From the NCBI GenBank assembly GCA_050115495.1, contig JASFQK010000005.1, positions 32,001-96,000 of the forward strand: a DNA stretch of 64,000 bases, read 5' to 3'. The position numbers and the translations under genes are program-made. Positions 18,554-28,330 of this stretch are shown here, piece by piece. Below the pieces are notes generated by a model. The model saw only the letters and a list, made by a program, of their open reading frames with translations. It was not told where the DNA came from and did not search any database. The stretch comes from Phycisphaerae bacterium. GTDB taxonomy: Bacteria; Planctomycetota; Phycisphaerae; UBA1845; Fen-1342. Every line of letters begins with the position of its first letter. The stretch's first letter is position 1.

Positions 18554-19546
18554 ATGGCTCGCGAGCAGACAATACGAATCAACGGACACAACGTTGGCGT
18601 GCTCGACGTGTTCGTGATTGGCGGCAAGCGTCTGTTCGCCGTCGAGCGACTCAGCGGGATTCGTCCACGCTACAAGATCTTCGATCCGCGGGCCGGCGCG
18701 GCAGGCGACTATCGAGTGCTACAGATCCTACCGCATTCAGAACACGTGATGCAGTACGTCCACGTTCTGGCGCGCGTCTCCCAACACAACGGCAACTGCC
18801 CGACAATTCTCGATTTCGAGGCCCGCGATGGCCGCATCTTCGTGCTATTACAGTGGGTCGCAGGGCCGACACTCGGCCACTACCTGCGCCGCTCGCGTGA
18901 CCATCGTAACCCAGGGCTGAGCATCTACGAGGCCATTCGGTTGTTTCACGGGTTCGCCCACGGACTGACGCAGCTTAGCCATCGCAAGAACATTGTGCAC
19001 GGTGACCTACACCCCGAGAACCTCGTTATCTGCCGCGAGCCCAACCGGCTAGTCATGCTCGATTTTGGCAGCGCCTGGTTGGTCGAGCGATTGGCCCGCC
19101 GTCGACCGTCCGACGGCGTGCATCACGTCTATGCGGCCCCGGAACTGCTCACCAGTGAACGCCGCCTCGTGGACTTCCGGGCTGATCAGTTCTCCGCATC
19201 GGTCATCTACTACGAGATGCTCACTGGCCGCGTGCCCTATGAGGGCGTCGGCGGCCAGGCCGGGCTCGACGGGTTCGAGTCTTACCGCGAACTTGTCCCG
19301 CCGAGCGTGGCTTGCCCTGATCGCAAACTGCTCCCCGCACAGGTTTGGGAGAAGATTGACGCAGCGGCGATGCGCGGACTGGCGCTGGCCCCCAAGCAGC
19401 GGTTTCGCAATCGCCGCGAGTGGTTGGGGGCGCTGGGCGACGTGAAATACGCCCTGGAGAAGTCCGACCGTCTGGACGAGGAGGACGTCTTCCTGATCCG
19501 CATCATCCGCTGGTTGAACCGGTTGTTCCCGCAGCGAAGATCCTGA
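18554..19546 (+). CDS. Hanks-type Ser/Thr kinase-fold protein
   Basis: 'VHGDLHPENL', DFG, APE, 'ADQFS', 'EMLTGRVPY'; no clear Gly-rich loop or beta-3 Lys. Confidence 0.85.
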   Translation: MAREQTIRINGHNVGVLDVFVIGGKRLFAVERLSGIRPRYKIFDPRAGAAGDYRVLQILPHSEHVMQYVHVLARVSQHNGNCPTILDFEARDGRIFVLLQWVAGPTLGHYLRRSRDHRNPGLSIYEAIRLFHGFAHGLTQLSHRKNIVHGDLHPENLVICREPNRLVMLDFGSAWLVERLARRRPSDGVHHVYAAPELLTSERRLVDFRADQFSASVIYYEMLTGRVPYEGVGGQAGLDGFESYRELVPPSVACPDRKLLPAQVWEKIDAAAMRGLALAPKQRFRNRREWLGALGDVKYALEKSDRLDEEDVFLIRIIRWLNRLFPQRRS

Positions 19547-19579
19547 CACGCTGCGATATCATTCGTCGTCGTCGTAGTC

Positions 19580-20710
19580 CTAGTCGTCCCCATCGTCATA
19601 CAACCCTTTCTCATACGCCTTCTCGTGTGGCGGAATCCAACGAAACCGATCGCCACACTTGCTGTGGTATTTCCGCGAGTCCACGCCACTGATCGTATGC
19701 GGCTTGATTATCCGCCCGCGCTGCCGATGCTCGGTCTCACCGGGTCGATGGACGAACGGCTTGCCCAACTTGCAGTGTCGGCACATGCCCTGGTGATTCG
19801 GATAGGCAGGTGCAGCCTTGCGCTCCTGCCAACCACAGACCATCTGCCTGGCCATTGTCAGGCCGTTACGCAGAGGCGTCCAAGAGCCCGGTGAATCCAT
19901 TGCCACGGCGATACCTTCATAAGACCCATCACCAAACAGGACGATGCCATATGGGCTCTCTGCACCCTCACACTTCTCCAGCAGGTGGCAGTACGCCGCC
20001 ATGCGCGCATAGTGCTGCCGGTACAGCCTGCGCTGGTCTCCCCCCACGGACGTGCGCTTCCGAAACACCGGGATGCGCAGCGAGCCCCGGCGTAGGACGC
20101 GCCAAGGCCGCCCCGCGAGACGCCAGGGCTCAAACCGCAACGGCTCCTTGTAGACGATCGACTCGAAACCCGCCCGCCACAACGACCACCAGTTGACGGC
20201 CTGGTTTTCACGCTGCTCGGGATTGGGCTCCCTTGGCTCCGCTTTCTGTGCAAGATCCCGGATGGCGCCAAGCTCCTCAATCTGCCCACGGTGCGTTTCG
20301 ATAGAGCCCCACAGCCTTACGACGAGAATCATCGCAGTCAGCAACAGGCCGCCCAGCGGTATCATGGCGTAGAGCACACTCCAGGTAATCACGCCGATAA
20401 TGAGCGCCGACAACACCGCGATGATCCCAACAACCCGCAGTGCAGCCAGACGATTCTTCAGCGCTGCAAGCTCTGACTTGACCTGTTCGGTTAGCAAGTT
20501 GAGGGCACGCTCAATCGAGTGCATCTCCCAACGCGGAATGTAATCAAGGCGCGGTCCCCGATCCTCCGCTTCGACACCTTGGTCTTCGTCCTGCTCTTCG
20601 TAGGCCATCAGCCCTGCCCGGGGACAGAAGACGAATTCCGTGAGCACGTGAACGCCAATCCAGGGATCGTCCGAGCGAGCATCCAGTGGACTATTGCGCG
20701 CCATACACAT
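19580..20710 (-). CDS. Cas4-like PD-(D/E)xK-fold protein with two inserted transmembrane helices
   Basis: 'LTEFVFCPR' at the N-terminus, 'MAAYCHLLE...YGIVLF', C-terminal CxxC...C; hydrophobic hairpin 'VVGIIAVLSALIIGVITW...LGGLLLTAMILVV'. Confidence 0.65.
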   Translation of the reverse strand: MCMARNSPLDARSDDPWIGVHVLTEFVFCPRAGLMAYEEQDEDQGVEAEDRGPRLDYIPRWEMHSIERALNLLTEQVKSELAALKNRLAALRVVGIIAVLSALIIGVITWSVLYAMIPLGGLLLTAMILVVRLWGSIETHRGQIEELGAIRDLAQKAEPREPNPEQRENQAVNWWSLWRAGFESIVYKEPLRFEPWRLAGRPWRVLRRGSLRIPVFRKRTSVGGDQRRLYRQHYARMAAYCHLLEKCEGAESPYGIVLFGDGSYEGIAVAMDSPGSWTPLRNGLTMARQMVCGWQERKAAPAYPNHQGMCRHCKLGKPFVHRPGETEHRQRGRIIKPHTISGVDSRKYHSKCGDRFRWIPPHEKAYEKGLYDDGDD

Positions 20711-20729
20711 CTCCCCACTTCATCGTTTC

Positions 20730-21824
20730 TCACCAGATTCTCAAAACCTTGAGCACGGCCCCTACACTCCCAGGTCGCTTGCTCGCCGGCTGAAGGCAGG
20801 ACTTAGCCACGCGTCGCACTTTAGCTGGAAGCCCCACTGCATCCAGCGTGCGGCTCGCGCTGCCAGGGTTCAAACGCGCGTCCCCAGAGGCTGCATGCGC
20901 CACGATCATGGCCCAACTAAACAGGTCACTGTTTTTCTGCGATTTGCCTCCGTACACTTCAGGGGCACGATAGGGATCGTCGGGCCATTCGTCCGTGGCG
21001 ACCGTAGGACTCCCGTCCAGTAGCTTGGCGAGCTCGAAGTCGGTCAGGATCGCTCCACTTTTCGTCAGAAAGATGAAGCGAGGCGACAGTTCGCGCCGAA
21101 TGACGTCGGCCTTGTGCAACGCCTCCAGCCCCAGCGCGACATCCACCATGAGCTGGCGCAGCTCATCGAGCGGTAACGGTCCGCGCTCAATTCGCCGATC
21201 GAGCCGTTCCCCCTCGATCCACTCATCCACGACCCACCAGCAGTGTTTCGTGGTTCCGTCCGGCATGACACCGTAGTTGCGAGCGATATTCAAGTGGGCA
21301 CCCACGCGATCGCATACCTCCGCGTGCCGTGCGACGAGATATCCCTGAAAGTCATACTGGTGCTTCGATGAAAGATGGCTGAGGTCGTAGAACTTGCCGC
21401 GGCCGACCCGGTTGCGAACGTGCCTGTGCTCCAGCTTCTGGACCCGCCACTGCAACCCATTCGGAGCCACCGTGTACGGCTCGGGCGGTCCGATGCAACG
21501 CCACTGGTTAATGACGGTCGAGCGACTCTCGGATTCACCCGCTCCCACCAAGTCAGCGATCGACAGAGGCTCGTCGAGTATGAGGTTCAGTTTCTCAACC
21601 AATAGCCGTACTGTTTTTGGACCGACCGGTTTGCCACTCTCCGCTGTCACAACCGTCGTCCGCGATATTTCGGGAATCGACTGCTTGTGCCCCAACGTCG
21701 CAAGATCATCCTGCGTCAGCCCCAGATCTACGCGGAGCTTCCGCAGTCGCGCAAGAACGTAAGAGGGACGCTGGTTGCAGACCCGCACAGTGTCCATCGG
21801 TTTATTGCCTTTCTGTGCGCACAT
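20730..21824 (-). CDS. XRE-type HTH fused to a Ser/Thr kinase-like domain
   Basis: N-terminal 'LRKLRVDLGLTQDDLA...ISRTTVVTAESG'; kinase motifs 'RRELSPRFI', 'DFELAK', APE, 'SDLFS'. Confidence 0.85.
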   Translation of the reverse strand: MCAQKGNKPMDTVRVCNQRPSYVLARLRKLRVDLGLTQDDLATLGHKQSIPEISRTTVVTAESGKPVGPKTVRLLVEKLNLILDEPLSIADLVGAGESESRSTVINQWRCIGPPEPYTVAPNGLQWRVQKLEHRHVRNRVGRGKFYDLSHLSSKHQYDFQGYLVARHAEVCDRVGAHLNIARNYGVMPDGTTKHCWWVVDEWIEGERLDRRIERGPLPLDELRQLMVDVALGLEALHKADVIRRELSPRFIFLTKSGAILTDFELAKLLDGSPTVATDEWPDDPYRAPEVYGGKSQKNSDLFSWAMIVAHAASGDARLNPGSASRTLDAVGLPAKVRRVAKSCLQPASKRPGSVGAVLKVLRIW

Positions 21825-22203
21825 AGAGCGCCCTTTTGCCGGTCATTGTACCGACTGTGCAGCACCATTATGCCAGAATCAATCCCATCAGCAAACACAT
21901 GTAGGAGCTAGAGGATGGTGGACCGTTGCCACGATACTCAGAACAGGCACACAAGCACGCTTGTGAATCGCTGCAAAGGCGGTTGGATCCCGGCGCCCCA
22001 ACGCACATCGCAAGATCATCGTGCCCAGTCGATCCGATTCCGACAATATCGCCCCGCGCCCCGCGCTGGCGGCGCGAATCCACTGGCCGGCAATCGCGCT
22101 CACTTGCGTCCTCATAGGCGGCGCGCACTCGGTTGCACGCGACCGCTGCCACTCGTTGCCTCGCTCAATCACGCTCTCAGGATGTCAGTCAGGAGTCTGA
22201 GTC

Positions 22204-22758
22204 ATGCTGATACCGTTTCAGTCACGCGCAAGGCGGCCCGCAGTACGTCCGGCCCGATGCAGTCATACGGCAGTGTGGATGCTGGTCGGCCTACTGAGCG
22301 TGTGGGTTATCATCACAGTGAAACTGCCGCCGCGTCTCATCACACTCAACGTATCACCGAGCATCGCTCCCGGCTTCTACATCGCAGTCAGGGCCAGCCC
22401 CGCGGTGGGCTCGTTCGTTGAGTTTCCACTACCGCAGGCATTCCGCGACACATTGCCCGGGTGCGCTGTATGCGCTCGCCAAGACGCGCTCATTCTGAAG
22501 CCAATCGCTGCCGGGCCGGGTGACCGCGTGGACACCACCGGCGCCCGACTGGTGATCAATGGCGTGCCGTTGGCACCGATCCGAACGCAGGATTCACAGG
22601 GTCACCCCGTTCCCGTTTGGAGGGCCAATCGTGTGCTCGGCGAGGACGAGTACTTCGCCTTCAGTGCGCGTGTTCCCAACAGCCTGGACTCGCGCTACTT
22701 CGGCCCAATTCAACGGAGTGACATCGTCGCGCTGCGAGCGCCGCTGGTTACCTGGTAA
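22204..22758 (+). CDS. traF: Conjugative pilin-processing S26 peptidase TraF
   Basis: 'NVSPSIAPGFY', 'LKPIAAGPGD', 'PNSLDSRYFGPI'. Confidence 0.88.
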   Translation: MLIPFQSRARRPAVRPARCSHTAVWMLVGLLSVWVIITVKLPPRLITLNVSPSIAPGFYIAVRASPAVGSFVEFPLPQAFRDTLPGCAVCARQDALILKPIAAGPGDRVDTTGARLVINGVPLAPIRTQDSQGHPVPVWRANRVLGEDEYFAFSARVPNSLDSRYFGPIQRSDIVALRAPLVTW

Positions 22759-22831
22759 CCGTGTTTGCCGCGTGGCACTGCAGAGACAACGAAGGATCGA
22801 ATTCATGAGCAAAACCATGTCCAAATCGGAA

Positions 22832-22880
22832 GGCAAGATAAAACGGCAGCCTCTCTGCCGCTCCATGTTTTTGTCCCGCC
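22832..22880. promoter_or_regulatory. Nested inverted repeat upstream of the relaxase, candidate oriT or operator
   Basis: GGCAAGATAAAA...GTTTTTGTCCCGCC imperfect arms around a CGGCAG/CTGCCG hairpin, between traF and the relaxase. Confidence 0.35.
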
Positions 22881-22962
22881 GTGAGTTACCGGGAGGCACC
22901 CTCGGTCTTGAGACTCTTGTGCAGGCTAACCCGTTGTCACGGAGTTGATTGGAGAGACTCTC

Positions 22963-24981
22963 ATGTCTGCTCAGCCACACGATGACCTAGAGCCACGGCG
23001 AATCGGCCGCTCCACGCGAAGAGGCATGACGCCCGCGAAACGGGCTCATGTCGGCAGCGGCGGTGCGCTACGCGGCCGCGGAACGAGCAGTGCGGGTAGA
23101 CGTGGTTTTGGGGCGTCCAACGCACCCGCGCTTCCGCAACGCGTGGTCGTCAAGGTGCGCATCGTTCGCCACCGTTCGCCCGCCAAAGGGCGCGGTTCGT
23201 TACGGGCTCACCTCAGCTACCTCTCTCGCGAGGCCGTCACGCGCGACCCTGGAAGCGGCCGCTTCTACGATGCTGCCAGTAACGACCTAGACGCGAAGGT
23301 AGCAACGCGTCCTTGGCGTGACGATCGCCACCACTTTCGCATCATACTGAGCCCGGAAAACGCTCACCAGATACCTGACCTGAGCGCCTTCACGCGCGAG
23401 GTCATGCGCCGCGTGGAACGAGATCTCGGACCGCTCGAATGGATCGCCGTCAACCACCGCAATACCGACAATCCGCACACACACCAGCTCTACAGGGGAC
23501 GAGCACACAACGGTGCGGACCTCGTCATTTCCCGCGAGTACATCTCGCACGGAATCCGCGATCGAGCCGCCGACGTCGCAACCGAATGGCTTGGCGAGCG
23601 AACGCGCGAGCAAGCGCAGATGGCGCTGGCAACGGAGATTCTGGCCGAGCGGTACACCAGCCTCGACCGTGCGCTCGCGCGCTTCGCGAGTCGCAGCGGT
23701 AACGTGCTCACGATCACCCTCCAACAGGTAACGCTAGGGCGCTTTGCACTGACCACACGCGAGATGCTGGCCGGGCGACTGGAGTTCCTGACGCAGCTTG
23801 GCCTGGCCGAGCACGCCACCCGCAGACCAGGCCAGTCTCGCGGCCATGACCGCACATGGACGCTCGCCCCCGACTTCCAGCCCCGATTGCGCGAACTCGG
23901 CGAACGCAATGACATTGTCAAACAGCTCTACGGCACGCTCGGGCCGCGGGCCGCCCGCGTGGCACCGCAAATCCAGCGTTTGTCGATAACAGCCAATGAA
24001 GAAGGACCGCCGACAGCGTCGGTGCGCGGCCTGCTCATCGCCAAGGGCGCCATAGACGAAACCGGCGACACGCGTTTCGTCGTGGTTGAAGATCGTCACG
24101 GCACGCCGCACTACGCGCGCGTCTGGTCCGACCAAGCCATCGATGCGGCAGAGGTCGGTTGCGTCGTTGAGGCAGGGCGCAGCGCGCACCGGCGTCAGGC
24201 TCTGCTACAGGAAGTCATCTCAGTCGCACATGCTCACACGGACTCCTTGTACTCCACCGGCGCCCACCGACAGTGGCTTCGCGAACATCGCTCCGATTTG
24301 TCCGCTGAACGGATCGAGCACCGGTTGCGGAATTGCTCGAAAGTGGTCGCTGGCCTGGCACGCCAGCGTAATTCCGGCGTTACGCGCGCTGCAGACAACG
24401 CCGTGAAACTCGATGACGAATTGCTTCGGCGTTTCACGACGCGAGCCGCTCGTCATCTCGATGTGCGTGTGCTGGCGGCCAATTCGCTTGCAACGCAGAC
24501 CGTCGCCGAGGCCTACACCTGGCTCGATCGGCAAATCATCCGCGAACGACTCAAGGGCGGCCTACCCGACAATGACATTGCACGTTTGCCGGCGGTGCGT
24601 GACGCCATGGCGAAGCGCGCCGATTGGCTCATTATGCGCGGCTTCGCCGAGCGTGACCCGGAAGCGCCATACGGAAGCGCGGTTCGCTTTCACTATGGTG
24701 CTACAGAACAACTCAAGATGCTGGAACACCGCGAGTTCGCAAACCGCTGCAAGCAGCGTTTCGGCAAGAGCGTTTCCTTCCTGCGACCCCGCGACACCCT
24801 CAAGGGCGTGTACTGTGGAACGGCTTACCTTCACCGCGGCGTGTACGCGCTGGTCGCTACGAAACAACAGCTCTTCGCGGCCCCGGTTTCCCGTGAGCCC
24901 CGCATCGATCGCGGCCGATCAGTAACCGCCCGTGTCGTCGCGCGCAACCACACGAAATGGGACTTCGGATTGGATAGATGA
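22963..24981 (+). CDS. MOB-P/VirD2-like relaxase (RlxS/DUF3363 type)
   Basis: 'AHLSYLSR' catalytic Tyr, 'DRHHFRIILSPE', 'AVNHRNTDNPHTH' His triad, 'DLVISREYISHGIR'. Confidence 0.92.
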   Translation: MSAQPHDDLEPRRIGRSTRRGMTPAKRAHVGSGGALRGRGTSSAGRRGFGASNAPALPQRVVVKVRIVRHRSPAKGRGSLRAHLSYLSREAVTRDPGSGRFYDAASNDLDAKVATRPWRDDRHHFRIILSPENAHQIPDLSAFTREVMRRVERDLGPLEWIAVNHRNTDNPHTHQLYRGRAHNGADLVISREYISHGIRDRAADVATEWLGERTREQAQMALATEILAERYTSLDRALARFASRSGNVLTITLQQVTLGRFALTTREMLAGRLEFLTQLGLAEHATRRPGQSRGHDRTWTLAPDFQPRLRELGERNDIVKQLYGTLGPRAARVAPQIQRLSITANEEGPPTASVRGLLIAKGAIDETGDTRFVVVEDRHGTPHYARVWSDQAIDAAEVGCVVEAGRSAHRRQALLQEVISVAHAHTDSLYSTGAHRQWLREHRSDLSAERIEHRLRNCSKVVAGLARQRNSGVTRAADNAVKLDDELLRRFTTRAARHLDVRVLAANSLATQTVAEAYTWLDRQIIRERLKGGLPDNDIARLPAVRDAMAKRADWLIMRGFAERDPEAPYGSAVRFHYGATEQLKMLEHREFANRCKQRFGKSVSFLRPRDTLKGVYCGTAYLHRGVYALVATKQQLFAAPVSREPRIDRGRSVTARVVARNHTKWDFGLDR

Positions 24982-26864
24982 TCATGAGACATGTCACAGC
25001 ATTTGCCATCATCTCGGCGGCCCTGGCCATAGGCATCGCCATCGCAACGCACTGCACCGCGCGGCGTTTGGGCAACCACAGCCTCGGTCATCGCGTCACG
25101 CTGGCAGGCGCGACGTTTTATCCCCCGTGGGACTTCTTCATCTGGCAGGCCAGGTGGGGCGCGGCCAAGCCGGCGGTCTTTCGCGACGCGCGCGCCATCA
25201 TCGCCGCCCATGGAGCAGGCGGCGTGCTACTCGTCGCGTTGCTCAGAGGACGCGCACCGGTCGTTCGGCCGATTGGCGCCGGTCAGTGGGCCACGCTCCG
25301 CTCAGTTCGACGTGCCGGCCTGCTCACCGGCAGTGGAACCGTTGTGGGACGTTACCGCGGGCGTCTGCTCACATACGCCGGTCCCGAACACCAACTCGTG
25401 GTCGGTGCTAGCCGCTCCGGAAAAGGCGTTGGTCATGTGATCCCCACACTACTCACCTGGCCTGAAAGCGCGGTGGTCCATGACATCAAAGGTGAGCTTT
25501 GGAAGATCACCGCCGGCTTCAGGGCGCGATTCTCGCACTGCCTCTTCTTCGACCCAACGCGACTCGATAGCGCCCGCTACAACCCACTGCTCGAAGTTCG
25601 TAAAGGGCAGAACGAGATTCGCGATGCGCAGAACATTGCGGAAATGCTGGTAAACCCGGACGGCTCCAAGGAGCAACTCGACGTCTGGGATCAGCACGCT
25701 TCGCAGCTCCTGGTCGCGCTGATCCTGCACGTGCTGTACACCGAGCCTGACGACCGCAAGCACCTCGGCGTCGTCCGCGAGCGTCTGCTCGACCTAAACA
25801 ACACATTCAAGGACATGATCGAGCTACCACACCGGCGCCATCCGTCCACTGGAATACCGGAACCGCACGCCGAAATCGCCCGTGTGGCCAAGGAACTTAT
25901 GCACCAGGCGCCACGATTCGCCGCAGGCGTGCGCGCCACAGCCGCCGGATATCTAGCCCTATTCGCCGACGAAACTGTCTGCCGCAACGTCGCGGTATCC
26001 GACTTTGCAGTCGCTGACCTCGTCTGCACCGAGCGCCCCGTGACGCTTTACATCCAACCGCCGCCATCCGACCTGCCCCGGTTGCGTCCGCTCACGCGGC
26101 TGATTTTCAACCAAATCTGGCGTGCCTTGCTCGACAAGCTCGACACTGACAATCGCGGGCGTCAGAAGCGGCATCGGCTCCTCGCGGAACTCGACGAGCT
26201 GGCAACCATGGGGCGAATGGAGTTCTTCTCGGTCAACCTGCGGCAGATGGCGGGCTACGGCATTAAGGCCCACATGGTCGTGCAGTCGTTCAACGACCTG
26301 ATCGAACGCTATGGTCCGCACCAGTCGATCATCGACAACTGCCATGTGATCACGGTCTTTGCGTGTGCTGACACAGTTACGCAACAACGTGTCAGCCAGA
26401 TGACCGGCGTGGCCGTGGAGTATCGCAGCAGCTACGGTCACCGGCGTCTGCCCTGGATTGCCGTTGACTCCATCCAGCAGGGCGAACAGGTACGTCCTCT
26501 GTTGCAGCCCGGCGACGTACGTTCGCTCCCCGGTGACGAACAACTTGTCTTCGTCACCGGTCACCCGCCGATTCGGGCGAAGAAGGTTCGGTACTACGCC
26601 GAGCGGGAATTCCGGCGGCGTGTGCTCCCACCGCCGGACCAGTCTGCCGGAGTTGACTCCCCGCGCGCTGCTGACCTCCATCCGGAGCACGGCGTACCGC
26701 AGGACTGGCTTGGCGAACGCGCGAAGGGACAACGTATCCCCAGCGACGAGATCTTCGATTCCAGCCAGCTCGACGACGAGGAGTGGATGCCACCGGGCGC
26801 GGTAGGTCTGACCGAGCAGCCCGGCTCTGACATGACAGGACACCAGGATCAGTACGCGCTATGA
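24978..26864 (+). CDS. traG: Type IV coupling protein TraG/VirD4
   Basis: N-terminal TM segments, Walker A 'GASRSGKG', 'HDIKGE', 'YNPL', 'LDE', 'MAGYGIK'. Confidence 0.93.
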   Translation: MIMRHVTAFAIISAALAIGIAIATHCTARRLGNHSLGHRVTLAGATFYPPWDFFIWQARWGAAKPAVFRDARAIIAAHGAGGVLLVALLRGRAPVVRPIGAGQWATLRSVRRAGLLTGSGTVVGRYRGRLLTYAGPEHQLVVGASRSGKGVGHVIPTLLTWPESAVVHDIKGELWKITAGFRARFSHCLFFDPTRLDSARYNPLLEVRKGQNEIRDAQNIAEMLVNPDGSKEQLDVWDQHASQLLVALILHVLYTEPDDRKHLGVVRERLLDLNNTFKDMIELPHRRHPSTGIPEPHAEIARVAKELMHQAPRFAAGVRATAAGYLALFADETVCRNVAVSDFAVADLVCTERPVTLYIQPPPSDLPRLRPLTRLIFNQIWRALLDKLDTDNRGRQKRHRLLAELDELATMGRMEFFSVNLRQMAGYGIKAHMVVQSFNDLIERYGPHQSIIDNCHVITVFACADTVTQQRVSQMTGVAVEYRSSYGHRRLPWIAVDSIQQGEQVRPLLQPGDVRSLPGDEQLVFVTGHPPIRAKKVRYYAEREFRRRVLPPPDQSAGVDSPRAADLHPEHGVPQDWLGERAKGQRIPSDEIFDSSQLDDEEWMPPGAVGLTEQPGSDMTGHQDQYAL

Positions 26865-27292
26865 GCAATATCCATCGGAAAATCCAGATGACCGTGCGGC
26901 TTGAACCGGAAGTGTTCCGCGCAGCGCGCGAGTTTGAGCGTCGCACCGGCACGCCGCGCTCGGTCCTTGTGGCCGAGGCCGCCAAACAAGTGCTGCTGCC
27001 CCCGCCGCATGAGTCGCCTGAAACGCGCATGGAGAATCTCTCCAGACGCGTACTGACGCGTCTGAACGGACTTGAGCACACCATTGGAACCGAACTTCAA
27101 ATCATCAAGGAGCTACTCGCGCTCGGCATGCGGGCCTATTTCAATCACACGCCCACCATCCCCGATTCGGAGCGTGAGACGGCATCACTTAGCGGCCGGG
27201 CACGTTTTGCCCGACTCGTCGGCCTGCTCAACCAGAACCTTCAGGATGGCGCGTCCATCCTCAATGACACGGAGCCACACGATGCAACCTGA
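26861..27292 (+). CDS. CopG/RHH-like protein between traG and trbB
   Basis: 'QMTVRLEPEV...PRSVLVAEA' RHH pattern; typical position in Trb-type ICEs. Confidence 0.7.
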   Translation: MSNIHRKIQMTVRLEPEVFRAAREFERRTGTPRSVLVAEAAKQVLLPPPHESPETRMENLSRRVLTRLNGLEHTIGTELQIIKELLALGMRAYFNHTPTIPDSERETASLSGRARFARLVGLLNQNLQDGASILNDTEPHDAT

Positions 27293-28283
27293 ACAGACTT
27301 CCACCACTACAACCGCTAGCGACGGACGCCGGCAGACGGCGCACGCCCGTCGCCTGGCGAGTATGACCCATGCTCTAGGAGCGGAGATCACAGAGGCCCT
27401 GCGCGACCCGGACGTCACGGACATCCATCTGAACGCGGACGGAGTCCTGCGCAGTGTGGGGCATGGCGCCGGCTGCAAAATCCTCGGTCAGCTTTCATCG
27501 GAACGCGCTGAATCAGTCATTCGTCTGCTGGCTTCGCATATGGGTGCTGAAGTCACTCCGGAATGTCCGACCGTATCCGGCGTGCTACCCGGAACGATCG
27601 CTCGGTTTCAAGGGGTGGTTCCTCCGGTATCGGAGCGACCCATCTTTGCCATCCGAAAGCACGCCCAGGTCATCTACACACTGGACGACCTAGTTCGTGA
27701 CGGAGTTCTCTCGAATGTCGGCGCTAGCGCAATTCGTTCCGCCGTTGTGCAACGCGAGAATCTACTCATCGTTGGGGGTACCGGATCGGGCAAGACGACA
27801 GTAGCAAACTCCATTTTGGCCGAGCCCGCCTTCTGTCAGGACCGCGTCGTGCTAATCGAGGACACGCGTGAACTGCAATGCGCCGCCGCCGATTGTGTCG
27901 AGTTGGTTGCGGCGCCGACACTCGAAACCGTCACGATGGACGAACTCGTCCGCACCACGCTACGTCTTTTCCCAGGCCGCATCGTCATTGGCGAGGTGCG
28001 CGGCCCCGAAGCGCTATCCATGATCAAGGCCTGGGGCACCGGTCATCCCGGCGGCCTATGCACGTTGCACGCCAACGGACCGCGTGACGCACTCTACCGG
28101 CTTGAAGACCTAATCGGTGAAGTAGCAGTGAGCATTCCGCGCCGCACGATCGCCAACGCCGTGGGACTCATCGTCTTCATCGAGCGTGGGCAGTTCAACG
28201 CTGCCGGACGCCGGGTTACCGGCATGACTCGGCCATCTCTCGACGAGGAGGGGAACTACGACTTCGAGGATATCGATCTGTGA
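27282..28283 (+). CDS. trbB: Conjugal transfer ATPase TrbB (VirB11)
   Basis: GGTGSGKTT, 'IEDTRELQ', 'IGEVRGPEA', 'TGHPGG.CTLHA'. Confidence 0.93.
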   Translation: MQPEQTSTTTTASDGRRQTAHARRLASMTHALGAEITEALRDPDVTDIHLNADGVLRSVGHGAGCKILGQLSSERAESVIRLLASHMGAEVTPECPTVSGVLPGTIARFQGVVPPVSERPIFAIRKHAQVIYTLDDLVRDGVLSNVGASAIRSAVVQRENLLIVGGTGSGKTTVANSILAEPAFCQDRVVLIEDTRELQCAAADCVELVAAPTLETVTMDELVRTTLRLFPGRIVIGEVRGPEALSMIKAWGTGHPGGLCTLHANGPRDALYRLEDLIGEVAVSIPRRTIANAVGLIVFIERGQFNAAGRRVTGMTRPSLDEEGNYDFEDIDL

Positions 28284-28330
28284 ACCAGCACACATCCAGA
28301 CAAGGTCCATCGCTCATCGGAGGAAGTCAG

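Noticed and set aside
17096..18572. ORF-track ORFs across the structured region
   Set aside because: Short, overlapping on both strands, low-information R/P/A/G/S-rich translations with no recognisable motifs; better explained as non-coding.
19580..20710. CRISPR-Cas locus suggested by the Cas4-like gene
   Set aside because: No repeat-spacer array or other cas genes seen in the window.
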